Source: an uncultured bacterium (GTDB lineage Bacteria > Oederibacteriota > JAAXVQ01 > JAUVAV01). Taken from it: 64,000 nucleotides of DNA. Below, in pieces: positions 40,802 to 49,300 of the stretch. Where the stretch lies: assembly GCA_963710755.1 (NCBI GenBank), contig CAVQBK010000013.1:320001-384000 (forward strand), read 5' to 3'. Position 1 is the first letter of the stretch, and the number at the start of each line of letters is the position of its first letter. Below the pieces are notes generated by a model. That model was not told the DNA's origin. It did no database searches and worked only from the letters and a program-made list of their open reading frames with translations. Both the position numbers and the translations under genes were made by a program.

Positions 40802-42718
40802 TCAATTATTTGCTGGGAGGTCAGTTTTTAACTGCTTGACCCCAAATACCGAAAGGGCTTGCGATTTACCCTTGACTGTCACCGCCTTAAATTCCACGGC
40901 CTCCACCCATGCTTTGACCGCGGCGTAAGTGGACGAAGAAATCAGGATCGTCTCTCCCAATTCCTTGGTTTTACTTTCCAGGCGCGAGGCCACGTTGACC
41001 GTATCTCCGATAACCGTATAGCCCATGGCCTGCTCCGATCCCATATTGCCTACAATGGCTTCCCCGGTGTTGATGCCAATACCGATCTTAATGGGCAGTT
41101 TGCCTTCGGCCTGCCAGCGGGCCTGCATTTTCTCCAGGGCCTTGGTCATATCCAAAGCACATTTGACCGCCCGGATAGGATCATCGCTGTGGGCCACGGG
41201 CGCGCCGAAAATGGCCATGACCGCATCGCCGATAAATTTGTCCACCATGCCGTCATACTTGAAGATCATGTCCGTCCAGACCTGGAAGTATTCATTGAGC
41301 CGCTCCACCACCGCTTCCGGAGGCAGCTGTTCCGACATGGTGGTAAAGCCCCGGATATCGGAAAAAAGCACGGTTACAATCTGTTTGTTGCCCCCCAGGC
41401 GAAGTTTTTCCAATGGATTATGCACCAGTTGTTCCACCACCTTGGGAGACACATAGCGGGAGAACATGGCTTTGATGCGCCGGTTTTGATATTCTTCGGT
41501 AATCAGTCTCACCACCATGACCAGCACATAAGCCGTGGCCATGGTCAGCAGAGGGATCAAGGCGGGAATGAGCACCTTGGTTTGCAGAAATATCATAGCC
41601 CCGACAATGATATAGGCGGCCATATACACAAAGAGTACCAGCAGTCCTTTCCAGGGTTTCAGCCGTATAGTGGTCATGGCCACCAACCAGGCCAATAGAA
41701 AGAGCAGCAGGTAGTTGAGTGCTTCCGGGGAGCGCGTAAGGTAATTATTGTTTAAAATGGTATCGAGGACGTTGGCGTGGATTTCCACTCCGGACATCAA
41801 GCCCGCAGCGCCTGACCCCTGCCCTGCCGGAGTCAGAGCCCGGTAATAAGGCGTCACATGTAAGTCCTGAGCTTCGGTAAAGGTGGGCCCGATTAAAACA
41901 ATCTTGCCTTTAAACAAGCCTGTCTCTTTAAGACCGGAAAAAATATCAGGATCTACAACATTAGCATAAGAAATGGTTTTAAAGTGGCCGGCCCCGCCCC
42001 GGTAATTAATGAGCATGCGGGCACCGGCCTCCACCGGAATGGTCAAATCACCATAAACCAGGCGATTGGGGGTCAAACGGAGAAAAGGTTCCTTAATTTT
42101 AAGGTAGCGGGCCACGATTCTTAACCCAAAGGACTGGTAAAGTTGATTTTGGAACTTTTTAAGCAGCGCCGCATGCCGAATAACCCCGTCATCATCGGCC
42201 CAATAGTTGACGTAGCCTACATGAGTCTTGCGTTCATCTATATCGGGGATAGCTTTCACGTAGCCGGTCTTGAGCTCATTGTGGGTGCGCTGCGTATAAA
42301 ATTTGCTGCCCAGCACGATCCAGGCTCGGGAGCGTTCAATAGCCTCTCCCAGCAAGCGATCCTGATGGCTTAATTCCGCCTTACTCTGTTCAGAGAAAAT
42401 CAAGTCAAAGGCAATGACGTGCGCACCGGCCTGGGAAAGATTATCAATGGCTTTGGCAAACATGGCCCGAGGCCAAGGCCAGCGCACGTTGAGGTCCTCC
42501 ATGGACTGATCGTCAATGGCTACAATAATGATTTTATCATCGGGATAGGGCCCGACGGGCGAGCGCAGAACAAACCGGGCGTCAATGAATTTACCCTCAA
42601 AGGATTGACTGAAATCAAAATGATACAAAACAGCAAACAAACCGCCCACCAGCACGGCAATTAAAAGGGAGATGCGGTTCTTGCCCCAGCTTTTAAGCCA
42701 TTCTCTTAAACGGTGCAT
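40802..42718 (-). CDS. CHASE2-domain class III adenylate cyclase
   Basis: CHASE2 motifs (IIIVAIDDQS, RWPWPR, FDLIF, DDDGVIR, GVEIHANVL), 3 TMs, cyclase motifs FSDIRGFT, DKFIGDA, YTVIGDTVNVASRLE. Confidence 0.93.
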   Translation of the reverse strand: MHRLREWLKSWGKNRISLLIAVLVGGLFAVLYHFDFSQSFEGKFIDARFVLRSPVGPYPDDKIIIVAIDDQSMEDLNVRWPWPRAMFAKAIDNLSQAGAHVIAFDLIFSEQSKAELSHQDRLLGEAIERSRAWIVLGSKFYTQRTHNELKTGYVKAIPDIDERKTHVGYVNYWADDDGVIRHAALLKKFQNQLYQSFGLRIVARYLKIKEPFLRLTPNRLVYGDLTIPVEAGARMLINYRGGAGHFKTISYANVVDPDIFSGLKETGLFKGKIVLIGPTFTEAQDLHVTPYYRALTPAGQGSGAAGLMSGVEIHANVLDTILNNNYLTRSPEALNYLLLFLLAWLVAMTTIRLKPWKGLLVLFVYMAAYIIVGAMIFLQTKVLIPALIPLLTMATAYVLVMVVRLITEEYQNRRIKAMFSRYVSPKVVEQLVHNPLEKLRLGGNKQIVTVLFSDIRGFTTMSEQLPPEAVVERLNEYFQVWTDMIFKYDGMVDKFIGDAVMAIFGAPVAHSDDPIRAVKCALDMTKALEKMQARWQAEGKLPIKIGIGINTGEAIVGNMGSEQAMGYTVIGDTVNVASRLESKTKELGETILISSSTYAAVKAWVEAVEFKAVTVKGKSQALSVFGVKQLKTDLPANN

Positions 42719-42797
42719 ATGCGCTCCTTTGAATTGACATAATAACATTCGCCCATATTTATCTTAAAGTTAGGTTCCTAGCCGCCCTGTTAATCAC

Positions 42798-44090
42798 CTA
42801 ACCCGAGGATCCCGCCAGCAGCCACTGGCCTTGGACTGCCTGAATTTTTGCTTTCACCAGTTGCCCGGCTCTACCTGCTGTTTTTATCAAAGCCCGGTCG
42901 TATTCTCCGGTGGTGCCGGCCCAAGTACCCTCAGCCGTGGATTGTTCCAGCAGCACGGTCACCTGTTGCCCCACCATGGCCGCACGATGGTGCGCGCCCA
43001 ACTGTTCGGACAGCTGCCGCAGTTTCCTGGCTCTTTCCGTGACAACCCGGGACTGCACTTGATGGGGCATGGTGGCCGCAGACGTCCCCGGCCGGGGGGA
43101 GAAAGGAAAAACATGAATTTTGGCGAGCTCCAAGGTCTGGGCCAGTCTTAGGGAATGACCAAATGCCTCCTCCGTCTCTCCTGGAAAACCTACGATCATG
43201 TCCGCTGTCAGTGTCAAATTGGGCCATTGCGCTTTCAAAGCCAGTAATTGGGCTTCCACCCTGGCGCTGGTATAAGGCCGGTTCATGGCGCGCAGTAGGC
43301 TATCAGCACCGCTCTGAATGGGCAGATGAAGATGAGGGCAACACCAGGCCTTATGCGCAAGCAGGCGTGCCTTTAAGCGTTCCGATAAAAACTGAGGTTC
43401 CAATGAGGACAACCGAATACGGAAATTCCCGCTGAGCCGGGCAATCCTTTCCAGCACCACGTCCAACCCCGGGTCATAAGCCGCCAGATTGACCCCGGTC
43501 AACACCAGTTCCTGATAGCCCTGGTCCAGCAACACTTGGATTTCATTGATAACCTCCCCCACCGGCCGCGAACTGGCGGGACCACGAGCCAGACGCACCC
43601 GGCAATAAGAACATGTCCCATTACAGCCATCCTGAATTTTTATCGCTGCCCGGGCCCGGCCCTGAAAAGAAACACCGGATAGACAGCCGAAAAAACTACT
43701 GGCCTGCGACTCATCACATGCTGTCGTATCCGGTGTTTGCCCCGCCAAGCGGGCCTGCACCAATTGCGCTGCGCGATAACGGTTTTGCTGGTCAATGACA
43801 GCCAGCACCTGCGGCACCTTGATCAGATTTTCCTTTTCCAAAACGGCGTAACAGCCACTCAACACCAGGTGCGCCCGGGGATAAAGACGCGTTACCTGGT
43901 CAATAAAACGGCGGCAATCCCTATCCGCCTTATGGGTCACCGTACAGGTATGCAAGAGCACTAAAGAAGCGGCTTGTTTGTCCTCCACATAATGAAAGCC
44001 TTCCTGTTCGAACTGAGCCTTAAGCATGGCCGCTTCCACCTGATTGACCTTGCATCCGACCACATCCATGGAAAAGGTTGGTAAAGACAT
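42798..44090 (-). CDS. mtaB: tRNA t6A37 methylthiotransferase (radical SAM)
   Basis: GCKVNQ, TCTVTHKAD, KIQDGCNGTCSYC, RIRLSSLEP, CPHLHLPIQSG, HVFPFSPRPGT. Confidence 0.9.
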   Translation of the reverse strand: MSLPTFSMDVVGCKVNQVEAAMLKAQFEQEGFHYVEDKQAASLVLLHTCTVTHKADRDCRRFIDQVTRLYPRAHLVLSGCYAVLEKENLIKVPQVLAVIDQQNRYRAAQLVQARLAGQTPDTTACDESQASSFFGCLSGVSFQGRARAAIKIQDGCNGTCSYCRVRLARGPASSRPVGEVINEIQVLLDQGYQELVLTGVNLAAYDPGLDVVLERIARLSGNFRIRLSSLEPQFLSERLKARLLAHKAWCCPHLHLPIQSGADSLLRAMNRPYTSARVEAQLLALKAQWPNLTLTADMIVGFPGETEEAFGHSLRLAQTLELAKIHVFPFSPRPGTSAATMPHQVQSRVVTERARKLRQLSEQLGAHHRAAMVGQQVTVLLEQSTAEGTWAGTTGEYDRALIKTAGRAGQLVKAKIQAVQGQWLLAGSSG

Positions 44091-44167
44091 GACGAAAACA
44101 TCCTTATACGATTAAATCCGCTTGGCCAAAGAAAAGCGATGTGGTTTGGAAACCTTTGGTATTGTTA

Positions 44168-44199
44168 TTGTAGGGAACAGGCAGGCCTGTTCTCTACAA
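44168..44199. repeat. GTAG-type REP-like palindrome
   Basis: TTGTAGGGAACAGGC-AG-GCCTGTTCTCTACAA. Confidence 0.55.
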
Positions 44200-44238
44200 C
44201 GGCACTTTCAAGCAAGTCCGCCCGCCGGGGCGCACAGT

Positions 44239-44274
44239 AAAAAAGCCCCTGTGGCTAAAAAAGGCAACAGGGGC
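44239..44274 (-). terminator. Terminator-like hairpin upstream of mtaB
   Basis: Minus strand GCCCCTGTTGC...GCCACAGGGGC followed by T6. Confidence 0.55.
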
Positions 44275-44313
44275 ATCATGCCATTTCATTTTCACTGCTG
44301 TCAACGGCCAAAT

Positions 44314-44343
44314 AAAAAACCCCGCATTTCTATGCGGGGTTTT
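44314..44343 (-). terminator. Intrinsic terminator after the V4R gene pair
   Basis: Minus strand AAAACCCCGCAT-AGAA-ATGCGGGGTTTTTT. Confidence 0.8.
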
Positions 44344-44421
44344 GGGAGACGAAAGGGAGAACAGCTTTTTGCATTCTGCTTCAGTGCCCCCAGTTTAATA
44401 CGAGGTCAAAGCAGGAAGGCC

Positions 44422-44643
44422 TTAAATAATGCTCATCAATTTTCTCTTGGCCTCTTCGCCTTTGACCGGATTGCTAAAAGAAGCAATGGATTTGCTGATG
44501 TAGTCGGCCAGTTGCGGCAGGTCGGCATAGGATATATCATCCACGGTGATCCCCAACCGTTTGACCTGGGTTTGTAAAATCGGACCGGGGAAATGGCTGT
44601 ACTCCCTGATGATATCGCTTATTTTCTGTGCTAAATCATTCAT
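44422..44643 (-). CDS. Small helical hypothetical protein (73 aa)
   Basis: MNDLAQKISDIIREY...; GGAG RBS; starts 16 nt after the V4R gene stop. Confidence 0.7.
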   Translation of the reverse strand: MNDLAQKISDIIREYSHFPGPILQTQVKRLGITVDDISYADLPQLADYISKSIASFSNPVKGEEAKRKLMSII

Positions 44644-44659
44644 CGCTACTCCGATTGTT

Positions 44660-45295
44660 TTATTGGGCAAGCTGTTTTTCATAATCATCCAACTTCTCAT
44701 AGGGAGCCATGATAAACTCGCAACGGTCATCACCCTTGGCCGTACATTTAATTTCCCGGGCATGGACCTCCAAGCCGTAGGCTTCGGAACACCACCCGGC
44801 CGAATAACCGGCGCTGAAGAAACAAATGGGTTTGGTGGGTTTTATGGTTTTACGCAAATAAATTTCCGATTCAAAGGTATTGGGATGCTGATAGTGGAGA
44901 AAATAATCCTGATTGGGAGCAGGTTTGGAGTCCGGATAAATATCCACCTTTGCCCAACCGGTATGGGCGAACATCACCGGACCGGTGGACAATTTTTCCG
45001 TAGGGTCCTGCAATTTCCTGGTTTCACTGAAGGCTTTGGAGTCCGCCTTGCCGATAATGCGAGCCATATTGTAAATAAATTCCTGAGCTTGCTCGTCCCC
45101 AAAGGATTGTTCCAATTGGTCAAAAAGTGCTACAAACATGCTTTCCGCCCGCACCAGGACATAACGTTGATCGCCGATGTAGAGCTGGCCTTTCTCCGGA
45201 TCGCGTTTAAACTCCGAAAACAAACCTTCCACGTACTTTTCAGCCACATCAAACAGCGGGCTGAATTGGGCTGGGACAGTGACGGTTTTAGGCAT
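44660..45295 (-). CDS. Stand-alone XylR_N/V4R ligand-binding domain protein
   Basis: GQLYIGDQRYVLVRA, GWAKV, PICFFSAGYSAGWCS, EIKCTAKGDDRCEF (V4R zinc ligands). Confidence 0.85.
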   Translation of the reverse strand: MPKTVTVPAQFSPLFDVAEKYVEGLFSEFKRDPEKGQLYIGDQRYVLVRAESMFVALFDQLEQSFGDEQAQEFIYNMARIIGKADSKAFSETRKLQDPTEKLSTGPVMFAHTGWAKVDIYPDSKPAPNQDYFLHYQHPNTFESEIYLRKTIKPTKPICFFSAGYSAGWCSEAYGLEVHAREIKCTAKGDDRCEFIMAPYEKLDDYEKQLAQ

Positions 45296-45620
45296 CAGCA
45301 AGGCTCCTTTTTCGTTTAAAATATGGTTATCATAATAAACGGCATTCTAATTTTTTTCTATAGTAAAAAAGTGGTGTTTCAAGCAATCTTTTTTTACTAA
45401 ACGGAACGCTTCACGATTACGCCTGGCAGGCGTATTGTTAATTCAGCCTGCAAGGATGAAAAATTGCGCGTTTACAAATTATCGCTGAAGCCCTCTATCC
45501 TATTCATTTTTCTTTGATTTTTATGGTACACTGACAAGGCTATTGTAATGAGTCAGCGGCCTCAAGAGCGTTGGAACGGCCGGTTGCCATACCACCTTGG
45601 GTTTGAACTGAGGATGAAAA

Positions 45621-46235
45621 TTGATGGTACCTATAAAAGCATTTTGGCAGGAAGTGCTTAATCTTAATAATTTTTTTCTAAACCCCGTTCGTTATTTCAG
45701 ACGTTTGGTCCAAAATCCCTCCTGGCTTCCGGGAAGCGCGGCTTTGCTAATGATAACCCTTTTGTTCGGCGCCACCACGGTGCTGGCGGAATTAAATCAC
45801 ATCCCATTTCAGGAAACCCCGCTGCTCAATTTTAAGCACTACCGATTGGTACAAGCTTTGTTCTTGGTGGTCATTTATTCTCTGGGATGGTGGCTATGCA
45901 GCATCTTTTATTATTATTTTTTAAAATTATATCGTGAAGAGAAATCGCTGACTTATGTAGCACAGGTCATCGGACCGTCTTTATTCCTGCCTATGGTGGC
46001 CATGGCGTGGCCTACGGAATTGGCTTTGTCCATGGGCCTGCTCAATTACACCATGAGTGGGTTTCCTGGTTTGTGGGTGCGCCACTTGGTTCCGGCTATG
46101 ACTTTTTTATACATGCTGTTTATGCTTTGGCTGCTGAGCATGGAGGCGTTCACCTTGCTGATGAAGGAAGCGTTTACCATCACCATGCTCTCACTTCTGC
46201 CGGTCTTGGTACTTTGGTCCTTTTTATTGCGTTAG
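45621..46235 (+). CDS. Yip1-like membrane protein
   Basis: FFLNPVRYFRRL N-terminal motif followed by 5 hydrophobic segments; the only clear plus-strand gene. Confidence 0.6.
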   Translation: MMVPIKAFWQEVLNLNNFFLNPVRYFRRLVQNPSWLPGSAALLMITLLFGATTVLAELNHIPFQETPLLNFKHYRLVQALFLVVIYSLGWWLCSIFYYYFLKLYREEKSLTYVAQVIGPSLFLPMVAMAWPTELALSMGLLNYTMSGFPGLWVRHLVPAMTFLYMLFMLWLLSMEAFTLLMKEAFTITMLSLLPVLVLWSFLLR

Positions 46236-46315
46236 CAGGTTTTATTTCAGATTTTTTTTTGAAAGATCACGGTCATAATCGTCCAGTCCTTGGGCCACAG
46301 AAAAAATACCATTTA

Positions 46316-46342
46316 TAGGGTACAGGCATGCCCGTACCCTAC
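46316..46342. repeat. GTAG-type REP-like palindrome downstream of the giant gene
   Basis: Minus strand GTAGGGTACGGGCATGCCTGTACCCTA. Confidence 0.55.
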
Positions 46343-46375
46343 GCAAACCGCAATCTGATTCAAATGCTCCTCGCC

Positions 46376-49300
46376 TTACGCCGATCCGCCGCTGGTCAAG
46401 GCTTGCCGTTTAAACAACTTGTCAACCAGTTCCCTGTTTTCTTCCCAAATCATGCCATCTTGAGGTGCACTCATGATACTCATAAATTGTCCCAATCGCC
46501 CCCGTGAGTAAGCCGGCAACACGGCGGGTATATCAAATTGCATCTTCAACCCCTGCGGCGCCGCGCCGGCATAGCGCTGGCCAATGGTCGTGGTTTTGGC
46601 ACCCAGTTGGCGGAAAAATTCATTATAAAATTCCAAAGCTTGCGTCAAGTCTTTATCAGCTTGGGTGGCCTGATGCGCCTGACCCTTGGCTTTAGCCAGT
46701 ACCAGGAGGTGATGACGCTCCTTCAGCATGTCCTGCAGGCCCAAGGCCAAATTCAATAAGGCCTGAGTACGCTGTTGTTCCTCCTTGGCCAATAAATAGT
46801 CCATGGTATAAAGTCCCAATCCTTGTGTATTTTGCACGGCTTCCATCTCGGCCATCGCCTGAGCTTGTTGTGGCAATTGTTGCAGCAGGATTTTAAGGGC
46901 GGCTTTGGGATAAGCCCGCTGAAGACGGCCGGCGACAAGATTGTTAACCACATTGGGATGATTCAGCAGATAGCCGTAAAATTTGGCCAGGCCTCGGGAA
47001 GGCCAGGCCCGGTTTAGGTCAACGGCTGAAGGCAGGTTTAGCTTTTGGCCGCGAAATAATTGAAAGGACACTTGATTAAACAGCTCAGGCGCCCGGCCCT
47101 GTAACACCGCCTGTACCTGCGTTTGCGGCCCCTGCACTTCATAGATATGGGGCAGGTAAAAATCAAGACCAGCCAAAAGCTGCTTCTCCCCCCGGGCATC
47201 CTGCATGACCGCCAGACTCTTATCCGAGGTGTCGTCACCGGTTTCCAGCAACTGATGAGTAGGATTCAGCCTGACCAGCACACCCCGGATGTCCTGAGAT
47301 AGGATCTGGCCGGCTTCAACATCTTGGCGGTCTTTTAAAACCACCGCCTGTTTTTCAGCGCTTACCGCATGTTGAGCCAGCACGCCCAGAGCCTGCAGTC
47401 GGGTTAGTAAAGGGTGTGCCTGGGGCAGGTCTTTCAAGGCCTGTCCCAGCAGCTGGATCTTGGCATCAATCATGCGCTGCAAGGCTGGAGAAACGGACAT
47501 CATCGACACTTGGGAAACAGATTCATCTCTTTCGACAGTCCTGGCCAGGGGCAGGTACGCTTGATCCTGAGCCGGTTGTGATTGCGCCTGCATTAATTCT
47601 TCCAAAACTCTGGTTTCAATCAACCGCTTTTGTTTTTTAACCATGGTTTGCGCATCGCGCAACAACTGGCCCAAAGGTGAAGTTTGGTTTGCCATCACGG
47701 CCAGCAAGGATTCGGGCTGGGCGCGCAGATGCTGCACCTGGGCATGCCGCAGCCACTGGTAAAGGTCAAAGCTGTTGTCTTGATGGAGCTGAGGCACCAG
47801 GCTCCGCGCTTCCTGTTGCAACAGATCCAGCAAACGCAGCAGGGTGACGGAATCCACGGCCGGCAGCTCGGTGCCAAAGCCTTGCAGGTAATCAGTTCTG
47901 GTGAGATGACCGGTCTTTTTTTCCTGAATGACAGCCACCGATTTTAAAACCTGATCATAGTAGCCCAAGCTGATCCGTAAGCGCTGCAATGTATTGCTGG
48001 CCTTGATCCGCCAATAGGTCAGGGCCCGCTGCTGCTCCACTTTAAGAGCCACAGAGCGCTTTACCCACCCGGCTAAAAGTGGTACACGGCCTTCATCCGC
48101 ATTGAGGGCGCTAATGAGCATAGCTTGCTGGGCCGGCGTTAGGGATAGTCGACCCAGTGCAACATTAAGTTGGTTGGGCATAAACTCAGGCGCTAAATCC
48201 TGCAACCGCGACAATTCATTGGGCAGAAAATGATGCTCTGCCACAAAAGCCGCCAACTTCTCCACATTACCCTGGGTCCAATCAGGCCTTTGCGGGCTGG
48301 CCCAGGCCCCTGTTGTAAACAGAACCAGACTAATCATCATCAGTTGCAGACCGCGGCCGATCACACGTATCAGGCGCAAGCTACCCGGGCTGATTTTAGA
48401 AATAGGCGTATTGATTTTAAAAGCAGCGGAACTAAGTGATTTGACCAGAGGCATGGCCTGAGCAGCTTCATGGCGCATGGTCACAATCCCCAAACCTGCC
48501 GCCATCATCAAAATTGAGGTCAGGCCATTGGAATCGGCAAAGAGCATCCATAAAAGGCCTGTGGCCAGCATGGCGGCCGTAAACACCACCGCTAAAGAAG
48601 TAAATTGCAGTATCACCTGTTTGCGGTCATTGGCCGTGGCCGGCCTTTCTTTTCCACTTATATCGTCATAGACCCGGTGCCAGTGCAACCAGGTAAAGAG
48701 TCCTGCCGTGGCTCCAATCCCAGCGGCCAGTAAGGCCAGCGGCCAAGCTAAGGCCGCAAGGGTCACGCTGCCTGCCATAAGGGTGCTGATTAAAGGTGCT
48801 GTCGCCAAAGCCATGACAGCGCTTAGCAGCACATCTTCTGTTTTTTGGGTAATGGTTTTTTCCGTACGGTCTTGGAAGATGCCGAAGGTGAGCAAATGGA
48901 TAGCCTCTTTAAGCACAGGGCTGGTATGGCGGGCCGAGGCCGGGGCCCAGTGATCCTTAAACTTATCAAGCTCGATTCGTCGTGCGTTATCACCGGGGGC
49001 GATACTTAACTTAGTGGCCCAATAGGCCAATTCGCCTATAGTTTTTGCCCTCTTTCCGCCTTCTTTAGAATAACGGTCATAAAGGCTCAGGATAAGGTGC
49101 ATGTCTTTTAAGAATCGGCTAATACCTGAAACAGGAGGGTGCTCTTTCCAATAGGACAAATCGCCTTCGGTAACCGTTAGATTTCCCCACGTTTGGCTGA
49201 GTAATGGGCTTCCCAATTCTTCCAATGATGACTGATCAACGTGCTCTGGCTGGGTTACTTTAAATACTCCTTTAAAATTCTCGAGCGTTTGATTGCCCTT

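Noticed and set aside
40859-41698. 279-aa plus-strand ORF
   Set aside because: Antisense shadow of the adenylate cyclase catalytic domain.
44546-45319. 257-aa plus-strand ORF
   Set aside because: Antisense shadow of the V4R gene pair, with no recognisable motifs.
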